From the NCBI GenBank assembly GCA_009602725.1, contig WELB01000024.1:463450-512214 (forward strand): 48,765 nucleotides of DNA, read 5' to 3'. This document shows, piece by piece, positions 13,951-27,242 of this stretch. The notes under the pieces are model-generated. The model worked only from the letters and a program-made list of their open reading frames with translations, was not told where the DNA came from and searched no databases. The position numbers were made by a program, and so were the translations under genes. The DNA is from Spirogloea muscicola. Its lineage: Eukaryota. Numbering within the stretch: position 1 is the stretch's first letter; every line of letters starts with the position of its first letter.

Positions 13951-16223
13951 ATGAGAAAGGCGCCGGATGCCGACGGCGGCGACGGTGGGGGGGCCTCGCC
14001 GAGCACCCACAGGCCGCGCATCCCGCGGCCTCTGGTGGACGCCATCGCCGGCGCGGCAGCGGGGGCCGCCGCGCGCGTCGTCGTCTCGCCCCTCGACGTC
14101 ATCAAGATCCGCTTCCAGGTCCGTCGCCAGCGCCATGCCTGCAGGCGAGACGTCGGCTCTGCGCCACGCTTGGTGTACCGCTTGGTGTACAGCTTGGAGT
14201 CGAGGCGATGCGCTGGCTCGAGCCCGCATTTCTAATCTCGAGTCGCTGGGCTGCCCCTTTGCTGGGCATCTTGCAGTCGAGCCCCACGGCACGCCTCCAC
14301 CTTCCCTTGTGGGACTTAAGGTCCTGTCAGTGATTGTGAGTGGCTCACGTTCAGCGTGTGCACCTCCTTTGGGTCTCCCCCACCAGGTCCAGCTTGAGCC
14401 TACAGGCCAGCAGCTGATGCGTCAGGACCGCAGCGCGGTCGCAGCCGTCGCCTCCAAGTACACAAGCGTGCTGCAGGCGGCCCGGGAGATATATCGCGAG
14501 GAAGGCATCAGAGTCAGCACCAAGCCCACACTTGCATTCTCATATCCTATTTCCCCTTAAAGCCAAAAGCTACTGTCAGGCTGGTGTCCTGGTCAGGTGA
14601 CTGTCTTATCCAGAAGACCAGCGGATGGCCTGCTGCAAGCCCAGATTGTGCTACACAAAGAGAACAGAGCAGCACTCCAAGAACACAGCGCTTGGAGTTT
14701 CCAATGCTGGTGCTCACTCACAGCGTATTCGCCTGCCGCTGCATCGCAGGGCTTCTGGAGGGGGACCGTCCCCGCGCTGCTCCTGGTGATGCCCTACACT
14801 GCAGTGCAGTTTGTGGTCCTCTACAAGTTCCGGTTCTGGGTGCTCGGCCCAGCTGCGGAAGGTGCATACTTGCACCCCGGGGACAACCATGCCAAAGTGT
14901 TGAGTGTGGCGTGGTGGCTGCCTGCCACTGCCTGCAGCTCCTGGATAAGCTGTGGCATAGTCGGAACCTGGTCTGAGTAGCTTCAAGAGGGGCGCGGCGC
15001 TTTTGCGGGGTCACTGGTAGCAGACGACGAGCGGAAGCTCAATCCGACCCTGTCGTTTGTGGGAGGAGCACTGGCGGGCGCTGCGGCAACTGTTTGCTCC
15101 TATCCCTTCGACCTCCTCCGCACCATCCTGGCGTCGCAGGGTGAGCCCAAGGTTCGTGCCGGGCTGACAGGCAAAGCGGTGCAGAACCACGCAGCTTCAC
15201 TATCAAATATGACTGAGGTCATAGTCCATGTGGTTTTCAATGTGTTTGAGCCAATTTCTCAAATCCTGACCCCAACCTCAGCTGCTTGCATAGGTAATGG
15301 GTGGCCACAGTTGAGGCATTGACAACTAGACACTGCTGATTGCATTGCAGGTCTATTTGTCCATGAGTTCTGCTTTGCTAGCCATCCTGCGGACCAGGGG
15401 AGTTCAGGGCCTGTATGCTGGCCTCACTCCCACACTCGTGGAGATTGTGCCGTATGCCGGCCTCCAGTTCGGCCTCTACGATATATTTAAGGCCTGGGCA
15501 GCGGTATGGCCAGCACCAATCTGCGCTCCTTTGCACCGTGCTGACGGGCTCCACTCAGCCTCAGGATGCTTGAGGCAGCGGAGTTGAGACATCCCTTATT
15601 CTCAGCGTGGCTGCCGGTGGCCCGGGTGTGCCGCTGTCATCTGCAGCATTGGAGGCGGCAGGCCTACACCACATCACGGGCGCGAGATGACCCAGGTGCC
15701 GAGTTGACAACCATGGACCGATTCTTATCGGGGCTGGCTGCCGGTACTATTGCCAAGACAGTGTGCCATCCCTTAGACCTCGTGAAGAAACGCTTCCAGG
15801 TCCCAGCACAACCAAACCCCTCCATATCTGCAACCTTTGCCCAGCATTGCAGTGGGTAACCCCCCCGACATGTTTGCAGCAGCTCAAGCATTGACAGGTT
15901 ATCTGTAGTTGTTCAAGGCGTCCAACCATCAGTGTACAGTGTGCTTCATGCAGTATTTGATTGTTAGAATCTCTTGGTGCTCTGCATCACATACTCAGGT
16001 GGAGGGCCTGGTGAGGGATCCGCGTTATGGTGCACCAATCCAGGTGAAGGCTTACCGGAACATGGGTGACGCTGTGCGCAAGATCGTGCAACTCGAAGGC
16101 TGGCGGGGACTTTACAAGGGCACGCTGCCATCAGTAATCAAGGCCGCACCCTCAGCTGCCATTACGCTTGTTGTGTACGAGAGAGCTGTGCGATGGCTGC
16201 GGCAATTTACCACGCCAGCCTGA
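13951..16223 (+). CDS. Mitochondrial carrier (SLC25), thiamine-diphosphate carrier-like, 7 exons
   Basis: Has three PxD/ExxK/R signatures ([50 protein letters not shown]). [21 protein letters not shown] and [22 protein letters not shown] resemble plant TPC/SLC25A19 carriers. The start codon is uncertain. Confidence 0.88.
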
Positions 16224-17087
16224 AACTTTTGCCACTGGTCTGTCCTTGAATGTCCTTGGATTGGCTAAATCAACCAAGCCATTGAGCTTAGGAAGTTGGT
16301 AGGTATTCTGAAGAGTCGCTCAATGATGCTCTGAAGATGAATTAGCGAACTCAGAAGGAGGGGAAGCATGAGTATGTGGTTGAGCATAAGCCAAGGAGGA
16401 CATGCAGGGAGGGCAACCGCATGTAAGGGGCTTCAAGTAATCTGCGAGGGCGAGTAGATGTATTCGATACTTCACAGCAGCAAGCCTGTGGAGTTAGGAG
16501 GAAGCAGCAATTGCAGCGAGCGGGTTTGAGGCAAGTATGAATGCAATGGTTTCAGTGACAAGGCATATAGAGGAGCAAAAGCATATTATAAAGATACGAC
16601 TTCCCAACACAAGCTCGGGCTCGGGCAGGATTGAAGGGATGATGAAAAGCTCATATATATGGTGAAAGGGCTCAGGCCCATGTTTGCACATTTGAGACCA
16701 CAGGGAGCTCAAATCTTCACTCAGAAAGTTGTGGGGCTCAGGCCTCACAGGTGCCCGGAGGCACGTACTTTGCCAGGGTGCGGACCCAGCAAGTTGCTTA
16801 TTGTTAGCAGTGTGTGCCAAAATAAAGAATCTGAGTGTCTGGGGGATTGACTGGATAGCGATCGCGCGGCGGTTGGCGCCAAGTGCTTAATCGCGTGCTG
16901 GTGGGTGGAAGAAGGAGTCTGGGCAGGCAGCGAGGCCTGTGCTTATGGTGATCGTGGCTGGCGGCGGAAGCGGGAGCCACAGAAGCAGGAGGGCACGCAT
17001 GGGGTTGTGAGGGTCACAACTCAAGCGGCTTTTTATTGAGCATGCACTGCTGGGTGGAGGGAGGTGGCAGTGGTGGAGTGCAGGCAC

Positions 17088-19133
<2,046 letters not shown>

Positions 19134-19290
19134 CGCGGCAGCCGGGCTTGCTAAGCGGCGGCGAAGAGGGAGGCGGTGGAGGGCAGGCCTTGGTCCAGAG
19201 GTGGTGCGTGCTCGTGAAAGGCTGCTACGGGCAGGAGAGATAGGAGGCGGTACAGAGGAGCTGTGTGAGGAAGCGTGGAGCAGCGCAACT

Positions 19291-19300
19291 TCTTATACCC
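19291..19300 (-). promoter_or_regulatory. Putative TATA box of the root-cap-like gene
   Basis: The minus strand reads gggTATAAga about 160 nt upstream of the ATG at 19133, in otherwise GC-rich DNA. Confidence 0.4.
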
Positions 19301-19350
19301 CTGCCACGGCTTTCCCTCCCCCCTCCCCGTCCCCCCCCCCCCTTCTCTCT

Positions 19351-19353
<3 letters not shown>

Positions 19354-19411
<58 letters not shown>

Positions 19412-19587
19412 NNNNNNNNNNNNNNNNNNNNNNNNNNNNNNNNNNNNNNNNNNNNNNNNNNNNNNNNNNNNNNNNNNNNNNNNNNNNNNNNNNNNNNNNN
19501 NNNNNNNNNNNNNNNNNNNNNNNNNNNNNNNNNNNNNNNNNNNNNNNNNNNNNNNNNNNNNNNNNNNNNNNNNNNNNNNNNNNNNNN
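19354..19587. other. Poly-T run followed by an assembly gap (N 19412-19587)
   Basis: Directly visible. ORFs crossing it are artefacts. Confidence 0.98.
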
Positions 19588-20499
19588 CCCCACCCCCCGT
19601 CCCGGCGGGCTCCCCGGCGCCGCCCCGCCGCTGCCCCCCCGGCTCGCCGCCGCCACCGCCGCGCCTGTGGCGCCGACGGTGCGGGAAGAGGAAGCAGCGC
19701 GCCTGCTGCCATCAAAACAAACGGCTGTGAACGCCAGCCGGGTGCATGCCGGGACCCGAGGAGGGAGGGAGGAGGGAGGCGAGCGGGGGTGGGGTGCCAG
19801 CATGGCGACAAACGTGGGGTGGTGGCAGGGCGGCCCGCCCGCGCCCTGCCCTGTGGAGCTGGCCCCCGGCCCAGGGGGCCCACTGTTGGGCGCGACCCTC
19901 CGCACCGCTCCCATTGGCCGCCGGGCATCCGGGCGTTGACCTCGCGCGCCACCTGTGGATCCGAAAGCGACAGCATGCGCACATCGCGACCCGGCCCGGC
20001 GGCGACGCCTGCTGTCGCGGCCCGGCCCGGCACCGGGGGGCAGGCCACAAGCCGCCACGCGCATTGCGGCGCCCAGGGCGTCGGCGCGGGAGGGGGAGGT
20101 GCCGCCCAGCGTCTGGCGCCTCTCCCGCTTCCGCCACCACCACATGATAAGTTTATCTTTCTCAAAAAGGGGAGAGTGCCGCGGTAGGCACTCTCCCCTT
20201 CTTTCGTTACTATCAGCACGCCGCGTCCCAGAAAAAGGCCAGCCCAATGTGGAACTTGTTCAATTCTCAGGGCTGGCTTTTCACAGCCCTCGCCCCCTTC
20301 TGATAGAGGGGCACAATCCAGACTGGTTACGGCAGTGGAAGACGATCGCCGCAGAAGGTTGAGGAGGCTGCCAGAGATTCAGAACAATCCAAGGAGCTTG
20401 GCAAGACTGACTTCTCTGGCCACACCTGGTGCCACTGACTGAATCACCTCTCCCCCCGTCGCCAACGCCTTCAGCATCAGCTCCGAGGCCTTTCGGTTT

Positions 20500-21430
20500 C
20501 TGTATCTTAGCGCTTCCCCTGGCCCCCTTCTCGTACTCTGTTCATTCTTTTTCGGGCTGGTTGTTCCAGCCCCTATTCTCAATGGGCGAGCACTTTCTTC
20601 TTTCGGACATCGCTTCAACTCTTCCTCGGCCTCCCACCTAATTGCCTGATTGGGGTGCGCCAGTGCGAGTACGGCTTCCGTGCAGAGGGTGCTGTGCTCG
20701 CCACTCACATGCTGAGATGCCCCACTGGACCAGAAGTGGTGGGCATTCACAACCTCCTTCGCGATGCCCTGGCGGGCTTGATGCGCGACGCCGGCTACCG
20801 TGCGGTCGTGGAAGTCAACAATATTATGCCTATCACCACGGACGCCCAGGGACGTCATCATCGCCCGCACACTTGACATTGTGGGCGTGCAACCTGGTGG
20901 AGGACCACGGGCCCTGGTCGACGTTGTTGTTACGGAGGCATATAAAGGCCCAGCATCGACACACATCGCTGGGCACGCAGTGGGCGGCGCAGAAAAAAAA
21001 ACTTGCGGCATTACTCCGATTACCCCAGATGCGATCAGCTCCTGCCAGCGGCAATCGACATTTTTGGCTGTCTGGGTCCTCGTTTTCACACTCTCCTGCA
21101 AAACACCGCCAATCTAGGCTACACTCGACGTGCAGATGTGTTTCCGGCTGACATGGGCTTGCCAGCTGCCTATCTGTTGCTCTTGCGACGACGAGATTCG
21201 GCCTGTTTGCAGCGTGCTCAGGCTAGTGCCTTGCACCAGAAAGCTGGGCAAGCTCTAGTTGGTGGCAGACGGGCTCCGTTTCTGGTATTCATGCATCGAG
21301 TAGTGACTTATTTTTTGACCCGTGCTTATTGAGCGGGTCAATCTGCTGTAGGTTATGTAGATCTTTAGATGTGCTTGCCTTTGTACTTGGCCATTTGGCC
21401 TACATTTCTTTCTAATACACGGCATTCCCT
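20500..21430 (+). mobile_element. 3'-UTR hairpin followed by a degraded Zn-knuckle + REL endonuclease fragment and its 3' UTR
   Basis: Hairpin at 20533-20593. Frameshifted pieces then read CEYG..ATHMLRCPTG..IHNLLRDALAGLMRDAGY, DIVGVQPGGGPRALVDVVVT, KKLRHY..LLPAAIDIFGCLG..LQRAQASALHQKAG..LTRAY*. The 3' UTR agatgtgcttgcctttgtacttggcc also occurs at ~282 and ~41166. Confidence 0.82.
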
Positions 21431-22974
21431 TCGGAAGAGCTTGAGTTCTGATGAAGAGTGGACAAGGGCCGAGGAGGCCTGTATAGTATGCGTACGTTCG
21501 CCCCATTCGAGGCCTGCCCCTCCGCCACACTCCCCCGGAGGGCAACGTAGCGGAGAGGGGCCAGCCCGCAAGACATACATCGGTGGCTTCTCTCGACTGC
21601 AGCGTCCGCAGAGAGGTTGATATACAGGCCTGCTAAAAGGGAAGAATGAGATAAAGGAAAAGGAAGACGGTCTTCTAGGCGCTTCGTCCTGTATTTCAGA
21701 AGGAACGCCCGTAACATATACCTCTTATCGTGCAACCAGCTAATTGATCCTCCTTGATGCACCGGCTGCAATTTTTGTCCATGGAGCATCTCGTGTTACA
21801 GAGACAGTGTCACACACGACTCATTGCCCTTGCTTCAAGATTTACATGGAATGTGTAAGTCATACCATTCTGACTTTATTTCGCTCATCAAGACTGGACG
21901 ATAGTGCGTCAAGTTCCTTGCTAAGAGTATTTCGTTGGTCGTTGAAGCAAAGGTACCGCTGCTCGTCTTAGAATTTTTGATTTTCTATTACCAAATCAAA
22001 TTTATTTGGACTATTTTACAGTTGTGATACTGACGAGTGCCTGCATCAGTACATCCATGCAGCCTGAGCTTGAAGGGCAGAGCCACTAACATCCTTGCAA
22101 GGTATCAGAAACAATGCCATTGTAAAGTGGCCAGACGGATGCTGGAGTCATCTAGCTAGCTCGCAGAAGTGGCTGACCCAGAAGTGGCACACCCAGAGTC
22201 GTCACACGAGATGGCTGGCATGGTAGGGAAGCTAGCGTGGGAGCTTGGCCACACGACGGTAACGGAATGCTCCCTGTGGAGGCTTCCGCTGGTCGGTCAT
22301 CATAGGTGCTCACAGGAGTCAACTAGGAGTTGGCCCAGCCCGGGGAAGTGTGCTTTGCCTGTCGAAGAGCAAGCAAGCAAAAGGCCGAAGGCATTCAGTC
22401 CCTGGTATTATGGCGCCAATTGCGTATAAGACTTGGGCTGGCCTTTCACTGCCACCACCTCTTTGTAGAGAGGGGAGGTTCTCTAATAAGAAAAACTATT
22501 GTATGGTGCCGCACACCTCTGCGGTCGTACCATGTCCTTCTTGTGTATCGAGCTTGGCTTGTCGATGCACGATGGCTTGACAGCATGGGGGCATCCGACG
22601 ACCCTTTTGTCCTTGTAGTAAGTGGTTGTCATCGTTACAGTTTTGAATTTCTTACTTTCAAGAAATTCTAAAGAAGAGCACTCCATGTTCACGTCATTGC
22701 TACTTCACCATGATCTGCCAGCAACCTCTATTGAAATGCAAATCCATATTGTCGACAGGTCAGGACGATGACGACCTTGGCAATTGCACCTTCTTAGCTG
22801 GATTCAGAAGTCCTCACTCATCAAGTATGCAAGCGCTTCTTTCTGCCTTGTTGGAGCAGCTCCTGTCACGATGATGATTTCGCCATGTAGGACAAGGCAC
22901 AATGTGCACTCTGTTGATGCACGAAGGCTGACGACCTGTGACTTAAGCACAACAAGAGGGCTAGCGGGCCACTG

Positions 22975-23260
22975 ATTTTCGGCTGCTGCTTCTGGGCTCC
23001 GCTATTGTGACACTTTCCGGGCTTCTTCAGACCTTGTTCAGTCTTTTTGGGCTGGCCTCTCACGGCCAAATCCTTAACGGAAGAGCTGTTGCTTCTTTGG
23101 CTGCAAGCTATTCTGTCTTGCGGCTGCTAGAACTCATTGAGCACCTTCCTTAGTAGCCACTGCAGTAGCTGTGCATGTGTGCATTTTCCGGCTGACCCGG
23201 ACCTTGTCCGTGCCTTCGAGGCTGGCCTTTAACAGCCACGCCCCCTTTGGAAAACTGTCT
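22975..23260 (+). mobile_element. Old relics of retroelement ORF ends, 3' UTRs and hairpins
   Basis: Contains ttcagaccttgttcagtctttttgggctggcctctcacggcc and ctgcaagctattctgtcttgcggctgct...agtagccact, matching relics at ~34500-34740 and 39860-40000(-). Confidence 0.5.
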
Positions 23261-23882
23261 TGCTGGAGCTTGCCCAAAGCCGATTAAGTGCAGATCGATG
23301 TACATCAGGCGACCTTACTTAAACCCTAAACCCTCATACAGCTCTTGAAGGCTCTTCTGGGCTGGCAGTTGTCCTCTTTGCTCATGCAGGCTTCGCAATC
23401 TGGCCGGTGTGGCCCTGAACACGACGGCCGATGGCGATGACGATGGCCGCTTGGATGCTTGATAACACTTCATCAACAGGCGGCTCTTCCACGTGACGGT
23501 CCCATTGGAAGGCCACGGTCTTAGGGGCGCGTGGAAAAGGCGTGCCCCACGCATGGAGGCCCCGCGGTTGACGCTGATGCTGACACTCTGAGCGCGGAGC
23601 TGACGCGGCGCCATCTCAGCTGGCCACTTGGCGAGGACTTCCGGCTGCGGCGGTACGGCTGCGTGGCTGCCAGTCTCAACATCTTCGCTAACTTGGCGCC
23701 ACTGGCGCCAAATCTGCGGCGAACGGGTCCGCCGTTGGTCGAGCGCCTGTCCAAAATAGGTCAGCGCTGCCAAATGTGGAGGCGCTGTCAAATTAGGGGT
23801 GCAGCCAGGAGCGTGGAGATATTTTCTCGCACTTTTTCAAGTTCAACTGTCGCATAGCGCAATTGCCGCCGCAGTCGCCGCC

Positions 23883-26479
23883 ATGGCCTGTGCCGCCACC
23901 GCCGCCGCCGCCGCGGCGAGCGCCGTGGTGGCAGGCCCCGGCAGGGCGGCAGGCTCCGGCAGAGGCCCTCAAAGCGGGGCAGGCCGGCTCGTCCCGCGCA
24001 AGCGGCCGCTCGTCCACCTCGTCCCGGGCAGGCCGGCCCGCCGCAGCCCCTGCACTGGCATGGCGCGGGCCGCGCGATCGCCGGCCTCCGCGGCACCGCC
24101 CAGCCACGGGCTGGACTACTATGAGATCCTCGGCTTGGACGCGGCCGCGACGCCGGCGGAGATCAAGCGCGCATATCGGTGGCTGCAGAAGCGCTGCCAC
24201 CCCGATGTTGCCACCGGCGGCCTCGGCCACGACATGGCCACACTGCTCAACGAGGCCTACAGCGTGCTCAGCGACGCTGACTCACGTTCGGTATACGATC
24301 AGGTGAATGCAACACGGACGGTCTGTGCTGTCGCATCAAACATTATTGCCAGCATTGGCAGCAAAGCCATGATTGCCAGCTATAATGCTTGCCTGCCATC
24401 ATGCTACTGCTTGCCTGCCTCTGACTTTCGATTGAGCTGTTTTCCAGGATTCATGTACTTTCAATGTTGTACAGTCACTTATTTGATTGCGGCAATCAGT
24501 CCATTGTAATGTTTGTTCGTAGTAAAGCATTGCTGCGTTCTGGTGGATAGTGGACGCTTCAGTATGATCGAAGTTGCGTCCGGCACTCCATCCTCTACTG
24601 AGTGCAATTGTGCATTCGACACGGACTGGCTGCCTGCAGGTGCGATTGACCTGGCTCGAGCATGACGATTACACGGGGAAACCGCTCTATTCCACCTGGC
24701 TGGGACACCCCGAAGAGAAGCAGGCCGCTTTTGTGGACGAGTTCAGCTGCATAGGCTGCCTCCAGTGCGCTCTCCTGGCTGATCGCACCTTCAAGATCGA
24801 GAACCAGGGCGGCCGTGCACGCGCCGTCTCCCAGTGGGGCGACGATGAGACCACCATCAATGCTGCCATGGCAGCCTGCCCAGTCGACTGCATCCAGTAG
24901 GCTGCACTGTCGCCCTCCCTCTTCGGTTCTGTTCATATATGTCGTGACCGTCTCACTGCAGCTAAGGGCGTTGGACACAGGTTCATATCTGTAGGTGGCC
25001 TTCTAGGTGTTCTAGATGAAGCATTCAGAGATTCTACGTGCTTGGAATTGGTGGCTCACTGTGGCCTTGGTCGTCATGCAATTCCTCACAAAAGTGTGAA
25101 TGCTGCCACATGATTATGAATGTGCCGTTGTTTACTGTGTCCTATGTCGACCTGGAACAGCTGGGTGCCAAGGGAGCAGCTTCCTATCCTGGAGTACCTT
25201 ACCTCCAAGCTGCCGAGGATGGAAGTAGGCTTGATCAACCACAGTGGCGGTGGAGGCAGGAGGATGCCAGAGGATGTATTTTCTAGTGCTGACACCTTCC
25301 TGAAGAAGCGGGAGAAACAAGAGCAAGAAAGATCTCGGCATCAGGTAGTTGTTCAGCGGACAAGAGAGCTGTGTCCTCCCTCTTCTGCCCCTCTCCCATC
25401 AGTTGTATTACATACAATTGTCTGGAAAGAAAGGGCAGAGTGTTGTGACTTCTTTGATATTGTCCTCTAAGTCTCTTGTCACCCTTAATGCCTTACTCCT
25501 GCCACCCTGTTGCAATGCAGGAGACTCCAGCGCAGAGGAAAGCTCGCGTTGCGGCAGCCAGCGCCATTCAGACTCGTGCTGGGCGCTGGTGGCAGCATCA
25601 TGGTGCTCAAGGCGGGAAATCAAATTGGTCTGCTGACAATGTGGACGGGGTACAGGGACCCCTCATCCCCTTGTCGTGGCTCACAGAAGAGGAGAGGGTG
25701 GCAGGTGCCGCTGCTGCAGCAGCGCAAGCCTCAGCAAGACTGGCAGACGGCTCTGTCCTGCCTGACGACCTCCGTCGGTTGCAAGAGGCTGCAGAGAAGT
25801 TGCGCAAACAGGAGGTGGAGGGTGGCAGGTGAGAATGTCTTTCTGCCGATGCTCTTTCTCAAAGCCTGGTCAGGGATGTTCTCCCTTGATCTCTCTTAAA
25901 TATAATCATGAGCTGTCATAATCTGAGATGCTGGGGCTATTACACGGCCGTGCTCAATTTGCTCGCTTCTTTGACTGCAACTTTGATGCAATTGTCATGC
26001 ATACTATGAACAGGAGTAAACCACTGCAGGCTACAGCTGATTACTGGAAGCCCCGCAAAGCTAACAGTTGCTACGTACCATTCGCCGACATGGCCGAGGC
26101 TACTTCTCACGCAAGAGCTTGTAAAACAGCCTCGCCAACAAGCCACGTCAGCAGCGCCAGATCTACTCCAGCGGCTGCTGCATCAGACATGAAATCAGGC
26201 GCCAAGTTGGAGGGATTCCTCTCCATGGCGCCGCTGCTTGTGGCAGCTGCGGCTGCCATAGCGGTGGCCCTGACGAGTAATACAGAGGCTGCACAATCTG
26301 CACCTGCGGTGGAGAGCATACTCCTCCCTGCTGAGATGACAAGCGGCATCTATGCGCGCTCATTGCAGGCAGCAGTGGTTTGGTACACCCTCTCTGCGAT
26401 GGTTACTCATAGCATTGCCCTTCTGTCAGGCACTGTGGCAAGTGAGACATCAAAGGGTAGAGAGGGAAAGAGCGATTGA
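23883..26479 (+). CDS. Chloroplast DnaJ protein with ferredoxin domain (DJC76/77/82-like), 5 exons
   Basis: Ala/Arg-rich transit peptide, J domain DYYEILGL..EIKRAYRWLQKRCHPDV..LLNEAYSVLSD, Fe-S motif FVDEFSCIGCLQC...CPVDCIHWV and C-terminal hydrophobic segments. Introns are GT-AG. Confidence 0.9.
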
Positions 26480-27242
26480 TGTAGTTCATTCACTGCTCTT
26501 TAGATGTCAGGTCACAGTTTTACAGTGTACAAACTCTGCATAAATTGCTTGTATAGTTGTAGATCATCTCTGCTGCAGTGGCTCACATGCCACGGCACTG
26601 TAGTGGTGCAGCCACATTGGCTGCAGCACAGTATATAGCAGTAGTAAGTTCTGAGGGTGTGCGCAAGTGACTCTCTGTGAGCCGCTAATCAAGGCAAGTG
26701 ATTAGCACAAGGCTGGTATTGTGCTTGATGAGATTTGAGGAACACATTACCTGCGCATGCAGCTTCCAATACTGCACCGCAGCATCAAAAGCATCTGTTA
26801 CAATGTTGCATTCAGAATGAGCCAATACTGATTGGCTTTAACTTGAAGGACTGCTACTGACCACATGTGCACAATCCTTCATTGCCCCAAGAAATAGCAG
26901 ATGTAGATAATTAGGCAACCACTTCTTCTTTGATGGGGGGCAACTTCGCTCCTTGTGAAAAAGCAACCGACTGTGAACAAGGAAATTGCCTTTAAAACTG
27001 CGACGCAATCTCTGTGGCGATTCCGGGCTTCCATTGTGGCAACACAGCAGACTGCTTCAGGGGCTCCGGTGCTGCAGCCGGCTGCAAGTGGCTCTTGTTG
27101 TACTACATGAGAAGCTCGCACTATGAAGGCAAGGAGCGAAAGGAGTGGAGGATTGCTGTCTTCTTTTGGCTAGGTGCAGGGTCGCTGAGTGGCAGCACGT
27201 GCAGGGTGGACAGCGAGGGTGTGGGCTGGTTGCGCCAGACTT

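Noticed and set aside
583..16223. Thiamine-related gene cluster (YjbQ plus TPP carrier)
   Set aside because: The genes are separated by unrelated genes, and YjbQ's thiamine-synthase activity is only a promiscuous side activity. I saw no TPP riboswitch. The proximity is probably coincidence.
16350..16460. EYVVEH suggesting a chromodomain/gypsy relic
   Set aside because: No following chromodomain residues and no LTR-element features.
23315..23857. 158-aa and overlapping ORFs upstream of DnaJ
   Set aside because: No motifs or splice structure; likely promoter DNA.
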